Origin: Bacteroidales bacterium M3
GTDB taxonomy: Bacteria; Bacteroidota; Bacteroidia; Bacteroidales; Muribaculaceae
Direction of reading: 5' to 3'
Assembly: GCA_001689445.1 (NCBI GenBank)
Contig: LUJN01000040.1
Location: 2,467 to 66,466, forward strand
DNA length: 64,000 nucleotides
A model generated the notes under the pieces. It was not told the DNA's origin and ran no database searches. It saw only the letters and a list, made by a program, of their open reading frames with translations. Position 1 is the first letter of the stretch, and the number at the start of each line of letters is the position of its first letter. This document shows positions 1-9,100 of this stretch, piece by piece. Made by a program: the position numbers and the translations under genes.

Positions 1-2
1 AC

Positions 3-1913
3 TACTTTGCCATCAACGACAACATTGACCTGGCGCTCACCGGCGAGATATACACCAAAGGCTCATGGGGACTGCGTGCCCAGTCCAACTATGTCAAGCG
101 CTACAAGTATAACGGGGCGTTCAACATAAGCTACATCAAGACAATCACCGGCGACAAGGGCTCGCCCGACTACGCGTCGCAGACCAACTTCCAAGTGCTG
201 TGGAACCACTCGCAGGACGCCAAGTTCAACCCCAACATGAGCCTTTCGGCAAGCGTCAACTTCACCACATCGGGCTACACCCGCAACGACATAAACTCCT
301 ACTATTCGAGCGCATTTACCGAGAACACCAAAAGCTCGACCATCAACATGACCTACCGCTTCCCCAACTCCAAGTGGTCGCTGTCGACGACAGCCAACAT
401 CGCCCAGCGCACCCAGGACTCCACGCTCTCGGTCTCGTTCCCCAACGTCACCGTCACGCTGTCGCAGGTCTACCCGTTCAAGCGCAAGCGTGCCATGGGC
501 GACGAGCGGTGGTATGAGAAAATACGCCTGTCCTACACCGGGCAGCTGCAAAACTCGCTAACTGCCCGTCAGGACCAGTTTTTCAAAAAAAGCCTCGTCA
601 AGGACTGGCGCAACGGTATGCGCCACGAGCTGCCCATCTCGGCGACATTCAACATCTTCAAGTATCTCAACCTCACCCCCTCGATACGCCTCACCGACCG
701 CATGTACACCAACAAGGTGCGCCGCCACTGGAATCCCGAGCTTGGCATCGAAGAGTGTGACACCTCCTACAGCTTCTACAACGTGTGGGACTTCACCGCC
801 TCGGTCTCCCTCGACACCAAGATATACGGCTTCTACCAGCCTCTGCCGTTCCTGGGCAACAAGGTCAAGATGATACGCCATGTGCTCACCCCCACTGTCT
901 CCTTCTCGGCCAACCCCGACTTCTCCTCGCCATTTTTCGGCTACTACGGCACGTATGACTACACGACCCCCGACGGCATACCGCAGACCCGCAAATACTC
1001 CTACTACCCCAACAGCCTTTTCGGCGTGCCGGGCGAGGGCAAATCGGGCATGGTCACCGTGTCGCTCGCCAACAACCTTGAGATGAAAGTGAGGAGCGAC
1101 GCCGACTCAACCGGCGAGAAGAAAATATCTCTCATCGAGAATTTCACCGTGTCGGAAAGCTACAACTTTGCCGCCGACTCCCTCAACTGGAGTGACATCA
1201 ACACCTCCATACTGCTGCGCCTCACCAAAAACTTCAACCTCAACCTATCGGCGCGATGGGACGTGTACACCTACAAGCTCAACGAGGCCGGCAACCCGGT
1301 GCGCGTCAACATCCCCCGCTGGAAGTGCGGCAAGGGTCTCGGACGCCTGCGCTCGACAGGCACATCATTCTCCTACACATTCAACAACAACACCTTCCGC
1401 CGCAAGAAGGATGGCGACAGCGACAAGTCAAAGAAAAAGCCACCAACATCAGGAGGCCCGACTCCCGGCTCAATAGACGACCCGACCTCATCAAAGGACA
1501 AGGACAAGAAGAAGGACGACATACAGCTCGACGACAACGGATACATGAAATGGGAGGTGCCATGGAACCTCTCAATCAACTACTCCATCGGCTACAGCTA
1601 CGGAGCGTTCAACAAGGAGAAACTGGAGTATGACGGCAAAATCACGCAGAACCTCAGTTTCAGCGGCAATATACAGCCCACCAAAAACTGGAACTTCGGC
1701 TTCACGGCAAGCTACAACTTCGACACCCACAAGCTCGCCTACATGAACTGCAACATCTCCCGCGACCTCCACTGCTTCACCATGCGCGCCAGCTTTGTCC
1801 CCGTAGGGCCTTACAAGAGCTACAATTTCCACATTTCGGTCAAGTCGTCGCTGCTGAGCGACCTCAAGTATGACAAGCGGTCATCCTACCGCAACGGGGT
1901 GACCTGGTATTGA
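3..1913 (+). CDS. Large outer-membrane beta-barrel protein, LptD-like (putative LPS assembly protein). C-terminal ~637 aa only; the 5' end is outside the window.
   Basis: Frame 3 is open from base 3 (YFAINDNIDLALTGEIYTKGSWGLRAQSNY...) and runs into the listed ORF 195..1913. The sequence is Y/N/S/T-rich with a beta-strand-like pattern and an aromatic C-terminus (...NGVTWY). It contains one Lys/Asp/Ser-rich loop (RRKKDGDSDKSKKKPP...KDKDKKKDD). The resemblance to Bacteroidota LptD-type proteins is from memory, not from a search. Confidence 0.55.
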   Translation, partial: YFAINDNIDLALTGEIYTKGSWGLRAQSNYVKRYKYNGAFNISYIKTITGDKGSPDYASQTNFQVLWNHSQDAKFNPNMSLSASVNFTTSGYTRNDINSYYSSAFTENTKSSTINMTYRFPNSKWSLSTTANIAQRTQDSTLSVSFPNVTVTLSQVYPFKRKRAMGDERWYEKIRLSYTGQLQNSLTARQDQFFKKSLVKDWRNGMRHELPISATFNIFKYLNLTPSIRLTDRMYTNKVRRHWNPELGIEECDTSYSFYNVWDFTASVSLDTKIYGFYQPLPFLGNKVKMIRHVLTPTVSFSANPDFSSPFFGYYGTYDYTTPDGIPQTRKYSYYPNSLFGVPGEGKSGMVTVSLANNLEMKVRSDADSTGEKKISLIENFTVSESYNFAADSLNWSDINTSILLRLTKNFNLNLSARWDVYTYKLNEAGNPVRVNIPRWKCGKGLGRLRSTGTSFSYTFNNNTFRRKKDGDSDKSKKKPPTSGGPTPGSIDDPTSSKDKDKKKDDIQLDDNGYMKWEVPWNLSINYSIGYSYGAFNKEKLEYDGKITQNLSFSGNIQPTKNWNFGFTASYNFDTHKLAYMNCNISRDLHCFTMRASFVPVGPYKSYNFHISVKSSLLSDLKYDKRSSYRNGVTWY

Positions 1914-1918
1914 CAAGA

Positions 1919-3154
1919 CTATTGGTAGTATGACGGCTCGATGGCAAAGACAAACCGCCGCCGTTGCCACAACGACACCACCATCACCGCCCCTACAGCT
2001 ATAAGCACCGACACAAACGGGAACATCTCCCCCTTGCATCCCAGCAGGCGTGCAAGGCCGTCGTTGATTTCGGGCAACAGCGACAAGGCCAAATAGTTGG
2101 CCGCGAGCACCACCGACATAGCCAGCGTCGCCCGTTGCGGCGAGTCCACTATAGACGTAGCCTTATCATAAATCACCGGTTGCACGATGCCGCCTCCGGC
2201 ACCGATGAGTAATGCACACACGCAATAGAGCGTCATGGAGTGAAAGACGATGAAACCGGCCACACCCGCGGCCATCAGTCCGCAGGCCACGACGTAGCTG
2301 AACTGGCGACAACGGCGCAATATTACCGACAACGACATCCCCGAAAGGAACATCCCGAGATACAGCACAGCTATAACCGTGCCGATTTCAGTCGTGTCGA
2401 GCCGGTCGGCGGTCATGAGGTACGGGCCGTAATAGGGAACGACACCCACAACGTACATGAAAAAGAAATAGCTCAACACCAGCCCCGATGCACGCCCGAG
2501 ATAAAAGCCCTCAACCGTGCGTGTCCCCATTGGCTGCGTCACTCCGTCGGTGAATGTCTTTTCGTCGGGCGCAGGAAGCTCAGTCGCCTTCTTTACCCAC
2601 GGCATGAGGGCCAACGAGACAACAGGCAACAGATAGACGAGGAAAGGCAGGTGCCAGTCAATCGCCGCGAGGACACCGACCACGAATGTGGCCACCACGA
2701 GTGCCCCGTTGCCGATACCTGAAATGACACCCATCTGCCTGATGCGGGCACTCCCCGAAAACACGTCGGCCACAAGTCCCGTCGAGAACGGCAACACAAG
2801 CCCGCATCCGCATCCGAGAAGCACACTCAATATGATAAGTTCATCCATTGTTGTCGAAAACAGGTAGAGCACCCCGGCAAGGAGATACATCGCCAGACCC
2901 GTAACAATGACAGCTGTCTTGTGGCGCGACATCGAGAGCCGTCCCGACAGTAACACAAACGGGATTATCAACAGATTGGGGAGCACCGACAGCATCTGCA
3001 CCTTGAGCTGCGTGGCATCGGGAAACAACGTGTCGAGCCGGTCGAGCATAGGCGTAACAGCCAGTCCCGGCAAATCGACTCCAAGCGAAAGCGACCACAA
3101 CGCCGCCACGATGATAAACGGGATTGTTGTCCCGTTGCCGGTATTGATTTTCAT
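1919..3154 (-). CDS. MFS transporter
   Basis: 411 aa and almost entirely hydrophobic helices, about 12 by eye. A basic loop after TM2 (LLSGRLSMSRHK) looks like MFS motif A. Convergent with the upstream barrel gene, with a 5-nt gap. Confidence 0.75.
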   Translation of the reverse strand: MKINTGNGTTIPFIIVAALWSLSLGVDLPGLAVTPMLDRLDTLFPDATQLKVQMLSVLPNLLIIPFVLLSGRLSMSRHKTAVIVTGLAMYLLAGVLYLFSTTMDELIILSVLLGCGCGLVLPFSTGLVADVFSGSARIRQMGVISGIGNGALVVATFVVGVLAAIDWHLPFLVYLLPVVSLALMPWVKKATELPAPDEKTFTDGVTQPMGTRTVEGFYLGRASGLVLSYFFFMYVVGVVPYYGPYLMTADRLDTTEIGTVIAVLYLGMFLSGMSLSVILRRCRQFSYVVACGLMAAGVAGFIVFHSMTLYCVCALLIGAGGGIVQPVIYDKATSIVDSPQRATLAMSVVLAANYLALSLLPEINDGLARLLGCKGEMFPFVSVLIAVGAVMVVSLWQRRRFVFAIEPSYYQ

Positions 3155-3364
3155 ATCTCTCTAAATTTTAACGGATGTAACCCGCAGTGTATACTTATGT
3201 AAAGTGGATACGGGCTAAAATGTTCAACCGATTATCGCCAAAATCACGAATCAGCCTGAATTTATGGCATTCCACAATTGCACGTAATGAAAAAATATGT
3301 TTATTTTGCGACACAAACCAATCGTAATACCCACCTACATAAAACAAGGCTCAACAATCCTGTT

Positions 3365-6031
3365 ATGAAAGCACCGTCACTCATTGCACTCCTCCTGATA
3401 TTCCTCAATGTCTCAATGACAGCCGACGCGATAGATATATCCATCGTATGCGAAGACTATGATTCGGAGACACCCCTCTCGGCCTATGAGACTCATGCGC
3501 TCTACGTGCAATCTGACGTACCCTCCACAGTGGTGGAGGGTGAGTGGACGCTGACGATGCCACAGAAAGAAGGGGGCAGCATAATAGTGTCAAAAGGCAC
3601 GGGAAACGCATTTGAGATTCCTGCCATAGACGACAGCTACTTGTATGACATAAATGGCAACGGAGAGATCGCCGCCACTGTAACATTCACCGGCAATGCC
3701 GACGGCAAGCCGGTCTCTGCCTCTATGACCGCTCCCCTCGACTTCAAACCCCGTATAAGCTCGGTCAACATCCTGCGCAAGGTGCGCGATGAATCCTACG
3801 ACACCTATAGCCTCATATACGACGTGGAATACCTCGGGGCAAGTCGCGTGCTCTCAATGCTTGAGCAGGAATACGGCATCACACATAGTTCCTCGTATAC
3901 AAACGAAGCCCCCGTGGCCCATATCACCACCCCATACATATACTCAAACTTCTCTGCATGGATAGATCTCATTGTCGAAAACAAGTATGGCGAGGCAACC
4001 TACACCATAGAGCTTGATCCGATTAAGGACGTGCCATGCGGCATATCCCTCTCCCCGGCCGACGCCATACTCGACTATCCCCTGTCGGCCCACGAGAGCT
4101 ACTATTTCACAATGACCGATGAGGAGGGCAAACCGCTCGCTGTAGAGCAATGGAGTGTCACACTCCCCACCATTTCCGGAGGCAAGCGCACAGTCGCGAC
4201 AGCCACAAACGCCTCACAGCTTTATCTTCCCCTGCTCCCGTCACCGGGCAGTTACAGAGCCGATGACAGCGGACGCATTCCCGTGGAGATTGACTGCACA
4301 TTCAACCGTGACGGCTCAAAATACACCAAAGTCATAACCGCCAGCATATATGCCCGTCCATATATCCGCAACGTCAGCATATTGGACAAGGAGGTCAAGG
4401 AGGGCACATCACTGTACACCCTCCAATATCAGATCGAATATATCGGTGCAAAAGAACTATACGCAGGACTCAGGGCTGAGAACGACAATAAGATAATTTC
4501 GGCCTACTCATCTGAACATCCCGTTGCGACCATTACATACCGCAACATCAACGGTGACTATGGCGCATCCATTGAAATCAGCGCCGACAACCAGTATGGC
4601 AGGGCCTCCTACACCATCCAGCTGCCACCGCTGCTCCAGACCGAAGGCTCGGTTAAAATCGTACCCGACTTTGACTACACGGGCATAGTGTCGGCCTACG
4701 AGCCTTATTCATTCCACATGGAGACCGAGGACGGCACTACCGTTGACGACATAGTGTGGCAACTGATGGTGCCCGTGAAAGACCGGGGCAGCATATGCGC
4801 ATTAGCCGCAAACGGTACGAAGTCGTTTGTCCTCCAACCGCTCACTGGCGTATCACGTTACACCGTCAGTCCCGACAAGACCATCGCTGCCGAACTGCAT
4901 CTCACAGGCAAAATCAAGGGAGAGCCTATAGACAAGATACTCCCTGTGATGCTGGACCTAAAGCCGCGCATCAGCAACGTGACACTCCTTGGCAAAAAGC
5001 TCGATGCCGACGCTGCCACCTATGAGCTGACATACACAGTATCGAGCCTTGGCACCAACGGCGTTGTGGCGCATATCGAAGAGGAGACTATGGGCATCAT
5101 AAGAAGTGATTTTGTCCGCTCAGGCTCGACAGCCGCAGTGGGGAATCTCGATGCGCGGTTATACTCCACGCTCATCCTCCAGACAAAAAACGACTACGGC
5201 AGCGCCTTCCGCACAATCGAACTGCCCCCCATGCTCTCACGCACAGGAGCGGTGGAGATAGTGCCCGAGACATCGTTGGCCGACGGCATTTCCGCTCATG
5301 AGCTTAACCACTTCCATATCCGCAACAATACCGGCAACGCACTCACATTTCCCGAATGGACACTGACCCTGCCGCTGAAGGACGGTTCGAAAGCCGCCAT
5401 CGCCCACAGTGAAGGCTCGACGACATTTGACACGCCCCTCATCATCAATCCCGACCTTTACGAGGTCAACTCCGACGGGGAGATACTTGCCGAGCTGCAC
5501 TTTGAGGCATCCGTGGACAAACCGGCCAACACCGACATCGCGCTTGTCTTCGACCTCAAGCCCCGCATCAAGTCGGTCGATATCCTGTCGCAGGAGAAAG
5601 GCGCCGACGACAGCACCTATGACCTCAACTACGTCATCAACTACATAGGGTCTGACGGACTGATTGTGCGCATCACACAAGAGGTGGAGGATGCCGGGGA
5701 GAAGTGCCACATCGTCTATGACTATCCGTCAACCACCCTGCTCACCCAAGGCATATTGGCATCATATCCCGCCAAGGTTGAGATAGCTGCTGAAAACGAG
5801 TATGGCACGGCCAGCCACGTCATCCAACTGCCGGCCCTCAACACCCCCACCCTCATCGAAGCCATAGATGCCGACACTGAGGTCACGGCAGTGGAAGTGT
5901 ACACCATATCCGGCAGACTGATAGGCACCTACCCGAGCCTTTCCAGTCTCTCCGCACTCCCCAACGGCATATACCTGCTGTGCCTCCACACCCTCGACGG
6001 CATCCGCACCGCCAAGCACATCGTCCGCTGA
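3365..6031 (+). CDS. Secreted repeat protein, predicted T9SS cargo (four ~200-aa tandem modules plus a C-terminal sorting domain)
   Basis: The internal ATG at 3365 gives a signal peptide (MKAPSLIALLLIFLNVSMTADA). Four modules each end in a conserved block: ...NKYGEATYTIELDP, ...NQYGRASYTIQLPP, ...NDYGSAFRTIELPP and ...NEYGTASHVIQLPA. The C-terminus (VEVYTISGRLIGTYPSLSSLSALPNGIYLLCLHTLDGIRTAKHIVR) looks like a type A T9SS C-terminal domain. Confidence 0.7.
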   Translation: MKAPSLIALLLIFLNVSMTADAIDISIVCEDYDSETPLSAYETHALYVQSDVPSTVVEGEWTLTMPQKEGGSIIVSKGTGNAFEIPAIDDSYLYDINGNGEIAATVTFTGNADGKPVSASMTAPLDFKPRISSVNILRKVRDESYDTYSLIYDVEYLGASRVLSMLEQEYGITHSSSYTNEAPVAHITTPYIYSNFSAWIDLIVENKYGEATYTIELDPIKDVPCGISLSPADAILDYPLSAHESYYFTMTDEEGKPLAVEQWSVTLPTISGGKRTVATATNASQLYLPLLPSPGSYRADDSGRIPVEIDCTFNRDGSKYTKVITASIYARPYIRNVSILDKEVKEGTSLYTLQYQIEYIGAKELYAGLRAENDNKIISAYSSEHPVATITYRNINGDYGASIEISADNQYGRASYTIQLPPLLQTEGSVKIVPDFDYTGIVSAYEPYSFHMETEDGTTVDDIVWQLMVPVKDRGSICALAANGTKSFVLQPLTGVSRYTVSPDKTIAAELHLTGKIKGEPIDKILPVMLDLKPRISNVTLLGKKLDADAATYELTYTVSSLGTNGVVAHIEEETMGIIRSDFVRSGSTAAVGNLDARLYSTLILQTKNDYGSAFRTIELPPMLSRTGAVEIVPETSLADGISAHELNHFHIRNNTGNALTFPEWTLTLPLKDGSKAAIAHSEGSTTFDTPLIINPDLYEVNSDGEILAELHFEASVDKPANTDIALVFDLKPRIKSVDILSQEKGADDSTYDLNYVINYIGSDGLIVRITQEVEDAGEKCHIVYDYPSTTLLTQGILASYPAKVEIAAENEYGTASHVIQLPALNTPTLIEAIDADTEVTAVEVYTISGRLIGTYPSLSSLSALPNGIYLLCLHTLDGIRTAKHIVR
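3431..5836 (+). repeat. Four tandem ~600-nt coding repeats inside the cargo gene (approx. 3431-4021, 4022-4630, 4631-5230, 5231-5836)
   Basis: The protein blocks D(F/L)KPRI(S/K)(S/N)V.(I/L)L, Y.L.Y.(V/I).Y(L/I)G and N.YG.A..TI.LPP recur at about 200-aa spacing. The repeats are diverged at the nucleotide level. Confidence 0.7.
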
Positions 6032-6169
6032 AGCGGTGCCCGGTGAGGGTGGGACCATGAATAAATCGGGGGATTTTGGTGGGGGATTCAAACAAAAGGC
6101 GTAACTTTATGTTTTGAATATTGAGAGATATAAATCATCACCAACTATTTATTTAAGGGATATACCATC

Positions 6170-9100
6170 GTGGGACACTGGATAAAAAACACCATCGTGC
6201 GCCGCTCGCTCAAGACTTTGATGTGGGTGGTGATTGTCTTGCTGATGATTCCTGTGCTGCTCTACGTCCCCTTTGTACAGGATTTTGTGAAGGGGATTGT
6301 ACTTAAAGAGGTGTCGCGCACTACCGGAATGACGATTGCCATCGACCATTTCAGGCTCAAATTCCCGCTGAAGGTCGACCTTGGCGGCATCATGGTGGTG
6401 GAGGCCACGGGCGACACAATGGTGACCGCCCGACAGGCGGCCGTAGACCTCCATCTGCTGCCGTTGCTGCGTGGCGAGGTGAATATAGCCGGTGCCGACC
6501 TTGAGGACGCCTACTACCGCATGGGGACACCCGACTCGGTGCTCTACCTGCGGGCGAGGGTACGGTCGTTTGACCTCGACAATTCGAGCATCAACCTGCG
6601 CTCATCCTCCATCGACCTCGGCGAGACCACGCTCTCGGGGGGAGTGATGGACCTGGTGATGCGCCAGGACTCGACCCCCGTGCCTGTCGACACCACAGCC
6701 GCGACCCCATGGCGCATCAAGGCAAAGATGGTCACGCTGCGAGACATCACATACCGCATGAAGATGATGCCGCTCATCGACTCGCTCGGGGCGCAGGTGA
6801 AGATAGCGCAACTCACCGACGGTCTCGTTGACCTCGCGACACAGCGTATACACGCCGCGTCGCTCTCGGTCGACTCGGTGACAGCCGCCTACCTCACCCC
6901 GACAGCCGAATATCTCGCCGCCAACCCGCCGTTGCCGACACCCGCCGACACCGTGACAGGCGGAAAACTGTGGCTCGTGGAGGCCGAGAAAGTGTCGCTT
7001 ACCAACGCCGCAGGACTGTATGCCGTGCGCGGGGCGCGACCTATGGCAGGGCTTGACATGAGCTACCTGCAGGCCGACGGTATAAACATCGAGGTGGACT
7101 CGTTCCGCAACCGTGGCCCGGAGATAACCGTGCCGTTGCGGCGACTCACAGGACGGGAGCGTTGCGGAGTGCAACTTACCGCCTCCGGCACATTCTCGAT
7201 GGACTCCACGGGGATGTATGCCCGGGGATTTGACATCGCCACGCTCTTTTCCCGCATAAAGCTCGACGCCTCCATGGGTATGGGCGACATGACCACCGAC
7301 CCGTCGCTGCCACTCACAGTCAACGCCGACGCCAATATAGGCATCCCCGACGTGGAGATGATAATGCCCGCGATGCGGCCAATGCTGCGCAACGTGCCGC
7401 GATATAACGACCTGCGCGTCAAGGCACGTGCAGGCGGGACAGCAGGGCGGCTCAATGTCGCCGAGCTCTCGGCGGTATTGCCGGGATATGTCAACGTGGC
7501 GATGAAAGGGCGCGTGCTCAACGCCATGGATCCCAAGCGGCTCGCCGGAGACCTACAGATAGCGGGCCACATCAACAACGTGGACTTCATAAAGCCGACC
7601 GTGCTCGACGCCAAACTCGCCAAAGAGGTGAACATTCCGCCGATGACCCTCGACGGGCGCATGTCGCTCGCCGGCACGACCTACAAGGGCAACCTGACGG
7701 CAACCACCGGCTCGGGACGCCTTGCCCTCGACGGCTACTGGCAAGGCTCGACCGAAGGTTACGACATCACGCTCTCGACCGACTCGTTCCCCGTCAACTC
7801 CTTTATGCCGACCCTCGGCGTAGGCACGGTGACAGCCGACATCAAGGCACGCGGCCAGCGTCTCGACCCCACATCACCGCAGATGAAGCTCGACGCCGAC
7901 GCCACCATCCACCATATCGTCTACGACACGCGCCCCTACCACGACATCCATGCGTGGGCCTCGCTCGACAAGGGACTGATACACGGCGGCATCGTGTCGC
8001 TCAACACCTATGCCGACTTTGACATCGAACTTGAGGGACGCATCGAGGGGGAGACCTACACGTTTGACATCGACGGCGACGTGCGCGACCTAAATCTCGT
8101 AGGGCTGAACCTCTCCCCCACCGAGTCGCGCGGCTCGATGACCCTCCATGCCGACGGCACAGCCACCCCGGCAAAAAGTCTCTACGACGTGAAGTTTGAC
8201 GTCTCAGATCTCGAATGGCACATGCCCGACACCAAGATTGCATCCCACAGGCTCGCCGGTACATTCACCGCAACCGACTCCACAACGCTTGCCGACCTCT
8301 CGGAGCGCGACCTGAGCGTGAAGTTTGCCGCGTTCTGTCCTCTCGACACGCTGTTGGGGAGACTGACACGCGTATCGGCCGTACTCGACAGCCAGATGAC
8401 ACAGCGCAAGGTCGATGTCGATGCCTTTCAGCGTGCCCTCCCCCACTTCAACCTCGCCGTCAACGGCGCGGGCAACAACGTCGTGACCGACTATCTCGCA
8501 GGCAGCGACATGGGTCTACAGTCGCTGACACTCAACGCCCGCAACGACTCGCTGATAGCCTTCGGTGCACAAGTAGAGGAGTTCCACACCGGCTCGACAC
8601 GGCTCGACACACTGACTTTCCGCGCCATACAGCACGGGAAATTCCTCGTCTACAACGCCACAATGAATAACCGTCGCGGCACGCTCGACGACTTCGCCCA
8701 CGTCAACGCCCGCGGCTACCTCGCCAACGACAAGCTCGGCATATTCATCAAGCAACGCAATATAGCCGACTCCATCGGGTTTAACGTCGGTATGCTCGCG
8801 ACGATGGGCGACTCGATAGTGACGGTGAAATTCACCCCCTATCGCCCCACCATCGGCTACAAGCCATGGACAGTCAACGAGGACAACTTCATCACCTACA
8901 ATCTCTACACGCAGCATGTCGATGCCGACCTGCGCATGTCGTCGGCACAAAGCAAGCTCAACCTGTACACCGAGCACAACGCCGCGGCCCTCGGACAGGA
9001 GGACGTGATATTGCAGATTGCCGACGTGCAGATTGCCGACTGGCTCTCCTTCTCCCCGTTCGCCCCGCCATTGGCCGGAATACTCTCCACCAATCTGCGC

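Noticed and set aside
3278-3364. Longer N-terminal extensions offered by the ORF track (3278 for the cargo gene, 21276 for GH97, 44249 for the AAA ATPase, 47411 for GT4, 50454 for the lipid kinase, 52508 for rng, 62345 for the ABC exporter, 14953 for the HD gene)
   Set aside because: In each case an internal Met gives a canonical N-terminus, either a signal peptide or a conserved family start. The extension either overlaps the upstream gene, runs through an intergenic repeat, or has an implausible composition.
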